Source: Cyanobacteria bacterium P01_A01_bin.123
Lineage (GTDB): Bacteria > Cyanobacteriota > Cyanobacteriia > Phormidesmidales > Phormidesmidaceae
Assembly: GCA_039815185.1 (NCBI GenBank)
Contig: JBCBZT010000016.1
Coordinates: 64,001 to 128,000 of the forward strand
Length of the DNA: 64,000 nucleotides
Reading direction: 5' to 3'
Positions 18,755 to 29,300 of the stretch are shown piece by piece; position 1 is the stretch's first letter, and every line of letters begins with the position of its first letter. The notes under the pieces were generated by a model. It was given only the letters and a program-made list of their open reading frames with translations, was not told where the DNA came from and made no database searches. A program made the translations under genes and the position numbers.

Positions 18755-19435
18755 TCAAAGACCGCCTTCGGAAGGCCATCGCAGCCAGTTAACTGCCTCA
18801 TCCAACGAGGAAAAAATATGGGCTGCGATCGCTTTTGACTCCGCCGATGGCGTTTGTAGATCCGGCACCATAATCACTGGAATTCCAGCCGCGTGGGCCG
18901 CCTTCACCCCCGCGTTAGAATCCTCAAACACCAGACAGTCTTGGGGTGCAACGCCTAATCTATCCAGGGCCATCAAAAAAATATCCGGGGCGGGTTTACC
19001 TGCCCCGGCTTGATCCACCGTCACAATCGTTTTGAAGCGGTGGAAAATACCTGCCGTCTTGAGACTCAAGTCTGCCTCTTTCCATTCGCTAGACGTGCCC
19101 ACGGCTTTAGGGATTTGATGCTGCTCCAAAAAATCTAGCAGTTCTAGCAGGCCAGGTTTGATAGCAACACCCGTAGTCTTCACCTGCTGTTCCCAAAACT
19201 CACCCCAAAGCTGACGAAACCGCAACACCGGGAAACCGTCGCCGTAGGTTTGGCAAAAAACGACCTCAACCTCCCGATTACTACGACCCACTAGGGAACC
19301 ATATAGCTCATCGCTAAGGCTATAGCCCAACGCCGCCCCCGCCCGTTGCCAAGCAGCCTTGAAGATCACCTCGCTATCCAGCATTAAGCCGTCCATGTCA
19401 AAAATGACGGCGGTGGGTAAGGAAGAAGACCACAT
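18755..19435 (-). CDS. HAD-superfamily phosphatase (beta-PGM/CbbY-like)
   Basis: IFDMDGLMLDSE, GTSS, KPAPDIF, FEDSNAG. Confidence 0.9.
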   Translation of the reverse strand: MWSSSLPTAVIFDMDGLMLDSEVIFKAAWQRAGAALGYSLSDELYGSLVGRSNREVEVVFCQTYGDGFPVLRFRQLWGEFWEQQVKTTGVAIKPGLLELLDFLEQHQIPKAVGTSSEWKEADLSLKTAGIFHRFKTIVTVDQAGAGKPAPDIFLMALDRLGVAPQDCLVFEDSNAGVKAAHAAGIPVIMVPDLQTPSAESKAIAAHIFSSLDEAVNWLRWPSEGGL

Positions 19436-19505
19436 AAGGAGTGGTTTAGGGTGTTGCTAACTAGGGCGAAATATATAAACCTGACGAGATCTCAAGACCC
19501 CGCAG

Positions 19506-19554
19506 GATCTCCTCGGCTAAAGCTACCCCCTTGTTAAGGGGGGTAGGGGGGATC
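19506..19554. repeat. REP-like nested palindrome, copy 2
   Basis: GATCTCCTCGGCTAAAGCTACCCCCTTGTTAAGGGGGGTAGGGGGGATC just downstream of the pgk stop. Confidence 0.8.
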
Positions 19555-19564
19555 TCAATATTGG

Positions 19565-20770
19565 TTAAGCATCATCCAGGGCAGCAATCCCAGGAAGCAC
19601 CTTACCTTCCAGCAGTTCTAGGCTAGCGCCGCCACCAGTGGAAATGTGGCTCATCTTGTCAGCCACGCCAACCTTCTCAACTGCGGCCACCGAGTCGCCG
19701 CCGCCAATGATGGTGGTGGTGCCTTGACCTGTGAGGTCTGCTAGAGTAAACGCGATCGCTTCGGTGCCCTTAGCAAACTTGTCAAACTCAAATACTCCCA
19801 TGGGGCCGTTCCAAATCACGCTCTTACACTGACCTAGAGCGTCTTGGAAAACCTTAATAGAATCAGGGCCAATATCCAAGCCCATCCAACCGTCGGGGAT
19901 GGCATCCACGCTGACCGTTTCGGCATTGGCATCAGGAGCAAAGTTGTCGGCAACCACCACATCTGTCGGCAACAGCAAATCAACGCCTTTTTCCTTAGCC
20001 TTGACTTCCAAAGCCTTGGCCAATTCCAGCTTGTCTTCTTCCACCAAAGACTTACCGACACTGAGGCCACGCGCCTTGTAGAAAGTAAAGATCATACCGC
20101 CACCAATCAGCAGCTTATCGACCTTGTCTAATAGCGTCTCGATTACGCCAATCTTGCTGGACACCTTAGACCCACCCACAATAGCTGCCAAAGGTTTTTT
20201 GGGATTTTCAATAGCGTTTTGTAGGTACTCCAGCTCTTTTTCAATCAGGTAGCCCCCAACTGAAGGACTTAGATAAGCCGTTACTCCTGCGGTAGAGGCA
20301 TGGGCGCGGTGCGCAGTGCCAAAGGCATCATTGACGTAGAGATCGGCTACAGCAGCCAACTGCTTAGCAAATTCAGGGTCGTTACCTTCTTCTCCAGCGT
20401 AGAAGCGCACGTTTTCGAGCAAGGCAACCTGACCGTTTTCCATGCCGTTGACTGCGGCAGCGACGGCGTCCCCAACACAGTCATCGCACTTGATGACTGA
20501 CTGCCCGAGCAGTTCAGACAGGCGAGTCGTCACTGGGGTTAACCGCATGCTGTCGACCACCTTACCCTTGGGACGACCGAAGTGGCTGCAGAGCACAACC
20601 TTAGCGCCTTTACTGGTGAGATCTTGAATCGTCGGCAGGGCCGCCCGAATGCGGGTGTCATCAGTAATGTTGCCTTGATCGTCTAGGGGTACGTTAAAGT
20701 CAGCACGTACCAAGACTCGCTTGCCGGAAAGTTCGGCTGCGCCCAAGCTTGCCACAGTTTTTTTTGCCAC
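19565..20770 (-). CDS. pgk: Phosphoglycerate kinase
   Basis: [44 protein letters not shown] start at 20770 with GGAGG RBS. Confidence 0.97.
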   Translation of the reverse strand: MAKKTVASLGAAELSGKRVLVRADFNVPLDDQGNITDDTRIRAALPTIQDLTSKGAKVVLCSHFGRPKGKVVDSMRLTPVTTRLSELLGQSVIKCDDCVGDAVAAAVNGMENGQVALLENVRFYAGEEGNDPEFAKQLAAVADLYVNDAFGTAHRAHASTAGVTAYLSPSVGGYLIEKELEYLQNAIENPKKPLAAIVGGSKVSSKIGVIETLLDKVDKLLIGGGMIFTFYKARGLSVGKSLVEEDKLELAKALEVKAKEKGVDLLLPTDVVVADNFAPDANAETVSVDAIPDGWMGLDIGPDSIKVFQDALGQCKSVIWNGPMGVFEFDKFAKGTEAIAFTLADLTGQGTTTIIGGGDSVAAVEKVGVADKMSHISTGGGASLELLEGKVLPGIAALDDA

Positions 20771-21012
20771 GGTCGTTAAACCTCCCAAATGCGTTTATTA
20801 CAATATGCACAGTTGACTCAGTTGCGGGGTATGGCTTCGTTTACCCTAGATTTCAGAGTCTCTTAAAAAGAGCTTCTTAGAGCGTCTCTCAGAACATGAC
20901 GCCGACGCAAGACCTGAGTCAGCCAAAATTTGATCAATACTGTTTGATCAATAGGTATTTAGACTCATCAATAGTATTTTACCGGAGTCTGTGATCTCCT
21001 CGGGTGAAACCC

Positions 21013-21423
21013 ATGTTTAAGACCATCCTTTTTCCTGTTGATATGAGTCCAGAAGCTCAGCAGGCAGCCAGTGTAACGGCAGAATTAGTCCAGCTACATC
21101 AAAGCAAGTTGATCATTGTCTCAGTGGTTGAGCAAGCGACCCCTGAGCAGCCGATAGCCCACCCTGAGCAAACTTCAACACAGGCAGTAGCAGCGCTGCT
21201 AGGCCAGGTCAAAGCCCTGTTTGCTGCTAAAGGAATTGCTTGTGAAACCATTGAACGGGAAGGACAACCCGCTTTTGTCATTTGTGATGTGGCTGACGAA
21301 ATTAACGCCGACTTGATTGTGATGGGCTGTCGCGGTATTGGGTTAATCGAAGATGCAAAAGCTGAAAGTGTGACCAATCGAGTCATTAACCTTTCCCCTT
21401 GCCCCATATTGGTAGTGCCATAA
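21013..21423 (+). CDS. Universal stress protein
   Basis: FKTILFPVD, ADLIVMGCRG, SVTNRVINLSPCPILVVP. Confidence 0.92.
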   Translation: MFKTILFPVDMSPEAQQAASVTAELVQLHQSKLIIVSVVEQATPEQPIAHPEQTSTQAVAALLGQVKALFAAKGIACETIEREGQPAFVICDVADEINADLIVMGCRGIGLIEDAKAESVTNRVINLSPCPILVVP

Positions 21424-21579
21424 TCCGGAGTGGTGCTGTTTGCAGGTGTGGTTTATATGGGCAAGATGTCTGCATAACTTCAAAACGCTAGACATACCCC
21501 ATAGGTGCATTCGCCTGTTTTCTAGGACAGGCACGCCTCCGATTCAACTACAGACAAATCCAATAGGAAAAATTTTCGT

Positions 21580-22329
21580 ATGAAACGCTTTCACCGATTC
21601 TCTGCCCGCAAGTTTGGCGTCTTGTTCGCCTCTGTCTTGTTATCGACTGGGGGATTGGGCTTAATCACAACCCTGCCTAGCTTTGCCCAAGAAACCTTTG
21701 AATTAACCGGCACCCTTGTTCCTGCCGAAGATGAGTACCAGTTTGAAGGCGTCGGTGGACAAACGGTTTCAATTTCCATGACCAGCGAGGAATTTGACAC
21801 GTTGCTGGTGCTATTGGGGCCTGATGGTGAAGAAGTGGCGATGAATGACGATGACTATTTTGACCGTTCACTCAATTCCAAAATTGTCACGACTCTCCCC
21901 ACCGATGGAACCTACACCATTATTGCCAAATCTTTTGGTGGGCGAGGGGGTGACTATGTTGTCTCCGTACAACCGGCAACTGAGTTCGAAACTGCTTACG
22001 CTCAAGCGGTAACCCTAAGCTTGGATGGGGATTTACAAGGTGCGATCGCGGCCTATAGCGAAGCGATCGCCATTGACGATAGCCAACCTGCCGCTTATCT
22101 GAGTCGGGCTGAAGCCTATTTTAATGAAGCATACCAACGCCTAGGGGAAGATTTTGGTGGCCCTGAAGATCTTGCCGATGATGTTCGGGAAGCGATCGCT
22201 AGCGATTACGAAAGCGCTGCCGACATCTACGAAGCCCAAGGGGAGCCCGACTTTGCGATTTCTTTGCGAGACCAAGCTACCTACATCCGCACCGGCGAGT
22301 ATCCTGAGTATCCAGAATATCCAAGCTAA
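21580..22329 (+). CDS. Secreted protein with PPC (pre-peptidase C-terminal) domain and TPR
   Basis: Signal-peptide-like N-terminus, DEYQFEG..GQ..FDTLLVLLGPDG..NDD..LPTDGTYTI, TPR-like GAIAAYSEAIAID. Confidence 0.8.
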   Translation: MKRFHRFSARKFGVLFASVLLSTGGLGLITTLPSFAQETFELTGTLVPAEDEYQFEGVGGQTVSISMTSEEFDTLLVLLGPDGEEVAMNDDDYFDRSLNSKIVTTLPTDGTYTIIAKSFGGRGGDYVVSVQPATEFETAYAQAVTLSLDGDLQGAIAAYSEAIAIDDSQPAAYLSRAEAYFNEAYQRLGEDFGGPEDLADDVREAIASDYESAADIYEAQGEPDFAISLRDQATYIRTGEYPEYPEYPS

Positions 22330-22357
22330 TCGGATTTTGAAGTACAATTCGCCGCAT

Positions 22358-23347
22358 TTATGCAGGAACCAAGCTATCTGACCATAGTTCCTTCATTTCT
22401 AACCAGTCTCGGCTAAACAACCGAGACTGGTAGCGAGCGCCACTGTCACAAAGAATCGTCACAATGGTGTGGCCCGGGCCAAGTTGTTTGGCCAGGGTCA
22501 CTGCTGCACCGACATTGATGCCAACGGATCCGCCCATAAATAGCCCGTCTTTATGCAGCAATTGATAGACCACCTGTAGCGCTTCCGGGTCTGCCACTTG
22601 GATAGCATCGTCAGCAGGTGCGCCCTGCATGTTGGCTGTAACCCGACCATTGCCAATGCCTTCAGTCACTGAGTTGCCTGTGATGCTAATTTCGCCAGTT
22701 TTAACGTAGCTGTAGAGGCCGCTCCCCATGGGGTCAGCGACGACGCATTTAAGATTAGGATTTTTTTCTTTGAGGAATAGAGCCGTTCCAGCGTAAGTGC
22801 CGCCGGTGCCCGTAGCGGCGACCCAAGCATCGACTTTACCGTCAGTTTGTGCCCAGATCTCAGGCCCGGTTGTTTCATAGTGGGCCCGGCGGTTGGCTAG
22901 GTTGTCAAATTGATTGGCCCAAATAGCGTTATCTAGTTCTTCAGCGAGGCGTCCAGACACTTTCACATAGTTCTCTGGGTTGCGATAAGGCACCGCGGGT
23001 ACGGTGCGTACTTCTGCTCCCAACGTCCGCAGCAGGTCAATTTTTTCCTGGGATTGGGTCTCCGGAATAATAATCAGGCAGCGATAGCCTTTGGCGTTGC
23101 AGATGTGGGCTAAGCCAATGCCCGTATTACCTGCGGTACCCTCCACAACCGTTCCGCCAGGTTTCAGCAGGCCTTTTTCTTCAGCGTCTTTGATGATGTA
23201 AAGTGCTGCCCGATCTTTCACTGACCCACCGGGATTCAGAAATTCTGCCTTACCTAAGATTTCGCAGCCCGTTGCTTCGCTAAAGCTGTTGAGTCGAATC
23301 AGAGGGGTATTGCCAACCGTGTCTACGAAACCTGCTTTGATATCCAT
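22358..23347 (-). CDS. cysK: Cysteine synthase A-like PLP enzyme
   Basis: VGNTPLIRL, KAEFLNPGGSVKDR, EGTAGNTG, GTGGT; start placed at ATG 23347. Confidence 0.88.
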   Translation of the reverse strand: MDIKAGFVDTVGNTPLIRLNSFSEATGCEILGKAEFLNPGGSVKDRAALYIIKDAEEKGLLKPGGTVVEGTAGNTGIGLAHICNAKGYRCLIIIPETQSQEKIDLLRTLGAEVRTVPAVPYRNPENYVKVSGRLAEELDNAIWANQFDNLANRRAHYETTGPEIWAQTDGKVDAWVAATGTGGTYAGTALFLKEKNPNLKCVVADPMGSGLYSYVKTGEISITGNSVTEGIGNGRVTANMQGAPADDAIQVADPEALQVVYQLLHKDGLFMGGSVGINVGAAVTLAKQLGPGHTIVTILCDSGARYQSRLFSRDWLEMKELWSDSLVPA

Positions 23348-23566
23348 TGCCAACTGTTTACTCAAACCGTTTGGAGGTGGTCAATTGTTTTCTGGTCATT
23401 CCCTATCCTATCGGACGACACTCGTGAACTGAGCAATTCCACTTCTTCTAAGCCTACAAAAATCCAACCCATCCTCAATCGATCTTTCACCCCAGGGAAA
23501 ACCGTCCTGACCGGTGCGGTTCTCCGTCTCAGAAAGTCTTTACGATTCGTTACGATTGGAGCGAGC

Positions 23567-23696
23567 TAGGGCGTGTCATCAATTAAGCGCGAAAAGCTTT
23601 ATGGCTGAGCCTTGTCACGCCCGACCCAACTAAACGAGCTAGGGGCTGTACCGTTGTTCTAAAAGCAATGGACAATCTAATTGTTGACAGCCCCTA
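23567..23696. mobile_element. 130-bp MITE-like element with 19-bp imperfect terminal inverted repeats
   Basis: Left end TAGGGCGTGTCATCAATTA versus reverse complement of the right end TAGGGGCTGTCAACAATTA (16/19). An internal partial copy of the end (GAGCTAGGGGCTGT) lies near 23636. Confidence 0.7.
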
Positions 23697-23772
23697 TTGG
23701 TTCAGCTTCGCCTAAGGTTGATCCATCAGCAGTGAGATTAGGCCTTGTCGTAACAATCAAAAGAGGTGCCCC

Positions 23773-24900
23773 ATGAACAATAGTATTCGCGTGGGCAATT
23801 TGTTTGGAATTCCCTTTTATATCAATGTTTCCTGGTTTCTTGTGCTGGCTCTGGTGACCTGGAACTATGGCAGTGGGTTAGCCTACGGATTTCAATCTTT
23901 GACGGGGCTAACGCCTTGGCTGCTGGGGTTGGGCGCAGCATTGTTGCTGTTTTCCTCAGTCCTGGCCCATGAGCTGGGGCATAGCTTTGTCGCGATGAGT
24001 CAAGGCATTGGCGTACGTTCTATCACCCTGTTTTTGTTTGGTGGTTTAGCGTCTTTGGAGCGAGAGTCTGATTCACCCAGTGGAGCCTTTTGGGTTGCGA
24101 TCGCAGGCCCAGCTGTCAGCCTTGCCCTGTTCGGGTTGCTGACGGTGACTAATATTGTGCTGCCCCTCGCAGGCCCGTTGGCTGCCATTGTCAATTTGCT
24201 GGCTTACATCAATCTGATTTTGGCAACGTTTAACCTGATTCCGGGGTTGCCTTTAGATGGCGGTAATGTGCTGAAGGCTCTCGTTTGGAAAATAACAGGC
24301 AATCCTTACAAAGGCGTTGCCTTTGCCAGCCGCGTGGGTCAGTTTTTAGGGTGGACAGCCATCGTGTTTGGTGTGTTGTCTGTGTTAGGTCTCAGTGAAT
24401 TTGGCAGTATTTGGACAATGTTGATTGGGTTCTTCTTACTGCAAAATGCCAATCGAACGGCTCAGTTTGCAGATGTCCAATCCAAGCTGGATGGCCTCAC
24501 CGCCGCTGATGCCATCGTTCCCGACAGCCCCATCGTGCCCCAAGCTTCTACCCTCCGACAGTTTGCCGATCAGATCGTGCTGTCAGCGGGCAAGGGCTGG
24601 CGTAAATTTTTGGTCACTGACGATGCTGGTCAGCTCGTCGGGCTGCTTCAGCTTGACGCACTCAGGGACATCCCCAATAGCGAGTGGGGCAATATCTGGG
24701 TACGCGATCGCATGGAAGCCATCGGCAACCTAGAAACCGTCGAGTCTGATCAGCCATTAATGGATGTGGTTAAACTGCTAGAAGAAAAGCAGCTCCAGTC
24801 GCTGGCTGTGACTGAAGACAACGGCCTATTGTTAGGACTGTTAGAAAAGAGCTCCATTCGCGATTTGCTGCAGCGGAGAGCAAGTGAAACTCCGACTTAA
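23773..24900 (+). CDS. Site-2 protease (M50 zinc metalloprotease) with CBS domains
   Basis: HELGH, AIAGP, FNLIPGLPLDGG; C-terminal CBS pair. Confidence 0.92.
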   Translation: MNNSIRVGNLFGIPFYINVSWFLVLALVTWNYGSGLAYGFQSLTGLTPWLLGLGAALLLFSSVLAHELGHSFVAMSQGIGVRSITLFLFGGLASLERESDSPSGAFWVAIAGPAVSLALFGLLTVTNIVLPLAGPLAAIVNLLAYINLILATFNLIPGLPLDGGNVLKALVWKITGNPYKGVAFASRVGQFLGWTAIVFGVLSVLGLSEFGSIWTMLIGFFLLQNANRTAQFADVQSKLDGLTAADAIVPDSPIVPQASTLRQFADQIVLSAGKGWRKFLVTDDAGQLVGLLQLDALRDIPNSEWGNIWVRDRMEAIGNLETVESDQPLMDVVKLLEEKQLQSLAVTEDNGLLLGLLEKSSIRDLLQRRASETPT

Positions 24901-25049
24901 CTGTCGCAGTAGGAGATTAGAGGCCTAGCGGGAATGGGGAATTTACCCTATTCCCGTTGCTCATTTTCTGATAATGACTTAGATGGGCGTGGTCTAAACC
25001 GTTAAGGCTACAGCCACGATTGGTTTGGTATAGCTGGAGGCGTGAGGGC

Positions 25050-25787
25050 ATGTCCCTATGGATTTTAGGCGGGGCCAGTTTCGTGGCCTGGTTTATCAGC
25101 ATGTTGGCCGGGGGCGGTAGCCCTCTGGTACTCATCCCAATCGTGAGTGTTTTACTGGGTGCCCAAGCCGTTGCCCCGGTGATTACGCTGGGTATGTTGA
25201 TTGGCAATCTCCAACGAACAGTCGTCTTTCGCCAGGCCATTGATTGGCAGATCACGCGTTGGCAAATGCCTGGCGCTTTGTTCGGGGCCATATTGGGCAG
25301 CTATTTGTTTACCCAGATTCAGGCGGCATGGTTGCAGGGCCTCGTCGCGATCGCACTGCTGTTGATGGCCATAAATACTGGATTAGGTCGCGGAAAACTG
25401 GCAATTCCGATCAAAGCCTGGTATTTCATGCCCCTAGCAGCGTTCAATGCTGTGCTATCGGGCATTGTGGGCAGCACTGGCCCTGTGCTTAATCCGATTT
25501 ATTTGAGCTACGGTCTAGACAAAGAGACCTTAATTGCGACGAAGTCGGTCAATGTTGCCGCCATGCATGTTGTCAAGCTATTGACCTACCTGAGCTTAGG
25601 GGTGATGAATCCAACTTATTTGGTCTATGGCTTGGTTATTGGAGTGGCCGCCATTCCTGCTAACTGGCTCGGGCAACAGTTCCTTGAACGCATGAGCAGT
25701 GCGCAGTTTCGTCAGGTTGTATTGGGCTTTGTCGCCGTTAGTGGCATGTGGATGCTGTGGCAACAGCGATCGCTGGTGGTTTTTTAA
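25050..25787 (+). CDS. Sulfite exporter TauE/SafE family membrane protein
   Basis: AGGGS..LIP, GAILGS, SGIVGSTGP; about 8 TM helices. Confidence 0.85.
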   Translation: MSLWILGGASFVAWFISMLAGGGSPLVLIPIVSVLLGAQAVAPVITLGMLIGNLQRTVVFRQAIDWQITRWQMPGALFGAILGSYLFTQIQAAWLQGLVAIALLLMAINTGLGRGKLAIPIKAWYFMPLAAFNAVLSGIVGSTGPVLNPIYLSYGLDKETLIATKSVNVAAMHVVKLLTYLSLGVMNPTYLVYGLVIGVAAIPANWLGQQFLERMSSAQFRQVVLGFVAVSGMWMLWQQRSLVVF

Positions 25788-25803
25788 CCCCTAAATTCCT
25801 TGC

Positions 25804-27087
25804 TCAAATCTCTTGTGACTGAGCTTCCTTGGGTTTCGCCAAATCTAACATCGCTTGTACATGGCAATATAGGGATTCCTCGTCTTCGCCATCAAGGTGT
25901 CGATCTTTGAGATCAATCAACCCTTGAGCTAAGACTTCGGCCTTAGGTTTGTAAACCGCATTGGCGTTGAGCAAATCGGCAAAGACTTCTTGCTCAATTG
26001 CTAAACGGTTGGCTTCTTGACTAAGCGGTGAGCCATAAGCAACTTCATCCACCTCATACTTCAACAAAAAGATCAGGGCACCGCTTAGCCCTTGCAAGTT
26101 TTTTTGCAGTTGACGGGTATCCAGTTCCAAACGGTCAAACCCCACCTGACCCGTTATCCGTAGTTCCACAATAGGGGCTGAGGCTGGGGTAATCTGGCCT
26201 GAAGCGATCGCGTCTTCCACCATCGCGATCGCACTTTGCTCTAATGTCTCCAGGGTTTCTTTCCCCTTAGCTGTCACCGTCAAGCGGACACAGGTGCGTT
26301 GATAATAATCCCGTTTCAGGGTTGCTTGAATCCCCTGAGAGGAAAATTCCACAAGATATACCCCCCGCTCGTACCCGCTCTCTTCAATGTTGTTGGCCTC
26401 TACAGATCCTGGATTAAAAATCCAGCCCGCCTCAGTATAGTTTTTATGGATATGGCCTAAAGCTAAATAATCTACCCCCGCTTCCTTTAAGGGCAACACC
26501 TCTCGATAACGTAGCGCGCCGGCATAGCGTGCGATTTGCCCCTCTAATCCATGGTGAAACATTAACACTGTATACCTTGGGCCACGGGGCAACGTTTGCA
26601 TTGCCGCCGCCATTTGCTCAATTGCTTGGGGCGCTGCCGCACCATACCAGTTTGCCCCCAAGACACGCACCCCACAGTCAAGGTCAATGTAACCTCCCCG
26701 CCGTCCATCCCAAGGAGAATAAAAGGGTTCCCCTTGAGCGATGTTACCGGGCTCAAGCAGGATTAACAGCCCCCAATCTGAAAGGTAGCGCAGCCAACTG
26801 GTCGCAGTGCCATAGGGACAGTTATCGTGGTTGCCCTCAATTGCCAACACCGGAATGTGAGCTGCTTGCAGTAACCGTAGACAAATCTGGGCCTGATTGA
26901 GGACTGCCGGTTGAATATTGCGATGTTCAAACAGGTCGCCAGCAATGATTACAAAATCTACCCCAGCGTCAATGGCGTGGCGTTGTAGGGCATCGCGGAG
27001 AGCCTTGAAGAAGTCCTTAGTACGCTCCGAATTATCGTAGCGATCAAAGCCTAAGTGAATATCTGCCAAATGAAGAAAACGGGGCAC
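25804..27087 (-). CDS. sbcD: SbcD/Mre11-family DNA repair exonuclease
   Basis: HLADIHLG, AGDLFE, GNHD, ALGHIH, NPGS. Confidence 0.85.
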   Translation of the reverse strand: MPRFLHLADIHLGFDRYDNSERTKDFFKALRDALQRHAIDAGVDFVIIAGDLFEHRNIQPAVLNQAQICLRLLQAAHIPVLAIEGNHDNCPYGTATSWLRYLSDWGLLILLEPGNIAQGEPFYSPWDGRRGGYIDLDCGVRVLGANWYGAAAPQAIEQMAAAMQTLPRGPRYTVLMFHHGLEGQIARYAGALRYREVLPLKEAGVDYLALGHIHKNYTEAGWIFNPGSVEANNIEESGYERGVYLVEFSSQGIQATLKRDYYQRTCVRLTVTAKGKETLETLEQSAIAMVEDAIASGQITPASAPIVELRITGQVGFDRLELDTRQLQKNLQGLSGALIFLLKYEVDEVAYGSPLSQEANRLAIEQEVFADLLNANAVYKPKAEVLAQGLIDLKDRHLDGEDEESLYCHVQAMLDLAKPKEAQSQEI

Positions 27088-27307
27088 AAGGGCAATCTTC
27101 AGATTAACAACAACAAAAAGCCTAGGTTACCGCGCCTTTAAACCTTAGCTAACTTTTGGAATAACTTGAATCGAGAAGCAGCCCCTGAGTATGACCCAGA
27201 AATCATGAAAGAATCCAGGAGACTTGTTGTTTCAGAATCAAAGGGCTGAGCAAAAGCTATTCTGGCACATAATTCCTCGCTTCTGACTCATGCCAAAGTC
27301 AGTCCAA

Positions 27308-28414
27308 CTAAACTGAAGCCGAAGCGCTTGATGCCGCGATCTCCTGTAACCTTTCCTGTTGGTCTTGGGAAATACACGACTGGATCATCTCATCAATGTC
27401 GCCTTCTAGGGCCGGGGTGAGGTTGAAGTTTTTTCCGAGGCGATGGTCGGTGATGCGGTTGTCTTTGTAGTTATAGGTACGAATTTTTTCCGATCGGGCT
27501 CCAGTTCCAACCTGCGATCGCCGCATTGAGGTCACCTCCTCCTGTTGTTCCCGCAGTTGCATCTCGTAGAGCTTAGCCCGCAAAATTTGCATGGCCCGTT
27601 CACGGTTTTGCAGCTGCGATCGCTCTTCGGTACAAAAAATCCGAATTCCCGTTGGCTTATGGAACAAATCCACCGCCGTTTCCACCTTATTCACGTTTTG
27701 CCCCCCTGCACCGCCCGAACGAGCCGTGCTGATCTCTAAGTCTCGGGGATCAATCTTGACTTCGACATCATCAACTTCAGGCATAATTGCCACTGTCGCC
27801 GTTGACGTGTGCACCCGTCCGCCCGCTTCAGTAACAGGTACCCGCTGTACCCGGTGAACCCCAGCTTCAAACTTAAGTTGGCTGTAAACGCGATCGCCCT
27901 GGATCTCTAAAATGGCTTCTTTGAAACCACCCATGTCCGCGAGAGATTCACTCAAGAGCTTGACCCGCCAGCTTTGCCCCTCAGAATAACGAGAATACAT
28001 TCGCACTAAGTCACCAGCCCAGATGCTGGCCTCATCGCCGCCAGCTCCTGCCCGAATCTCGAGCATAATATTCTTATCGTCGTTGGGATCCTGAGGCAGC
28101 AGCAAAATCTTGAGTCGTACTTCGAGTTGCTCAATCTGCTGTTCTAGTTCCTCAACTTCCAAAGATGCCATTGCACGCAACTCAGCATCCGCCGCAGACT
28201 CTCGGTAAACCTCTTGGGCTCCGTTGAGTTCTTCCGACGCTTGTTTCCACTGCTCAAAGGTATTCACGGTCTCTTCTAAAGCAGATCGAGCCTTTGCAAC
28301 CCGCTGAAATTCACTTGGGTCAGTCGCCACGTCCGGATCAGCTAGACGTCGCGTCAACTCATGGAAAGTTTGCTCAACGGATTTGAGTTTATCAAGTAAG
28401 TAAGCTTCAGCCAT
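27308..28414 (-). CDS. prfA: Peptide chain release factor 1
   Basis: [12 protein letters not shown] (PxT), [20 protein letters not shown]; start at ATG 28414. Confidence 0.96.
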   Translation of the reverse strand: MAEAYLLDKLKSVEQTFHELTRRLADPDVATDPSEFQRVAKARSALEETVNTFEQWKQASEELNGAQEVYRESAADAELRAMASLEVEELEQQIEQLEVRLKILLLPQDPNDDKNIMLEIRAGAGGDEASIWAGDLVRMYSRYSEGQSWRVKLLSESLADMGGFKEAILEIQGDRVYSQLKFEAGVHRVQRVPVTEAGGRVHTSTATVAIMPEVDDVEVKIDPRDLEISTARSGGAGGQNVNKVETAVDLFHKPTGIRIFCTEERSQLQNRERAMQILRAKLYEMQLREQQEEVTSMRRSQVGTGARSEKIRTYNYKDNRITDHRLGKNFNLTPALEGDIDEMIQSCISQDQQERLQEIAASSASASV

Positions 28415-28443
28415 AGCAGATAAGCACACCAGTTATGGTGACC

Positions 28444-28525
28444 AAAAATTGACAATAGACGACTCGCCCTGCACACGGCCCAAAGTCACTAGCTCAGTCC
28501 CTGTGTACAGTCGACCATTGTCAAT
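28444..28525 (-). terminator. Long hairpin with U-tract between rpmE and prfA
   Basis: Minus strand ATTGACAAT-GG-TCGACT-GTACACAGG...CCGTGTGCAG..AGTCG-TCT-ATTGTCAAT-TTTT. Confidence 0.55.
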
Positions 28526-28527
28526 GG

Positions 28528-28761
28528 CTATTTATCTTGAGCTTCGCTGCTGCTGTCTACCATGCCATACTTCCGCAAGAAGCGCTCAACCCGTCCCTCG
28601 GTGTCAATGATTTTCTGAGTTCCTGTGTAGAAGGGGTGATTCCCAGACCAAACGTCGACGTGGAGTTCTGGCTGGGTAGAGCCAATAGTCATAATCTCTT
28701 TCCCGTCGCAGAAGACTTTAGCTTCGGGATACCATTTGGGGTGAATATCAGGTTTAGGCAT
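28528..28761 (-). CDS. rpmE: 50S ribosomal protein L31
   Basis: MPKPDIHPKW...HPFYTG...GRVERF. Confidence 0.97.
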   Translation of the reverse strand: MPKPDIHPKWYPEAKVFCDGKEIMTIGSTQPELHVDVWSGNHPFYTGTQKIIDTEGRVERFLRKYGMVDSSSEAQDK

Positions 28762-28886
28762 TGATCTAATGCTGAATTTAGCTAGCAGAAACGTTCAAGT
28801 GAACTATAGCAACATCCAAATCAACAACGCTTGATTCAGGTTGAAGACTCAAGTTTTCGAATCAAATGTAGCTCACCAGTTTAATG

Positions 28887-29300
28887 TTAACGCTTGGAGA
28901 ACTGAGGGGCTTTACGAGCTTTACGCAAGCCATATTTCTTTCGTTCTTTACACCGGGGATCGCGGGTGAGATACCCTTCAACTTTGAGCGGTTTTCGATT
29001 GTCAGGATCCAGCTCACATAAAGCTCGAGCGACGCCCAGGCGAATCGCATCGGCATGGCCAGTTAAGCCGCCGCCACGCACGTTGACCAAAACATCGTAG
29101 TCGCTTTCAAGTCCCAAGGTCTCTAAAGGAGCTTTGGCCGAGCTGAGATAGTTAGGATTGAACTGGAGATGTTCTTCACCGGGTTTGCCATTGATAGTCA
29201 TTTTGCCGCTACCGGGAACCAGGCGAACCCGAGCGATCGCCGCCTTCCGCCGCCCCGTGCCCCAATAAACTGCGCGATCACTCTGATCTGTTGCCTGCAT
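28887..29300 (-). CDS. rpsI: 30S ribosomal protein S9
   Basis: GTGRRK...[19 protein letters not shown]. Confidence 0.97.
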   Translation of the reverse strand: MQATDQSDRAVYWGTGRRKAAIARVRLVPGSGKMTINGKPGEEHLQFNPNYLSSAKAPLETLGLESDYDVLVNVRGGGLTGHADAIRLGVARALCELDPDNRKPLKVEGYLTRDPRCKERKKYGLRKARKAPQFSKR

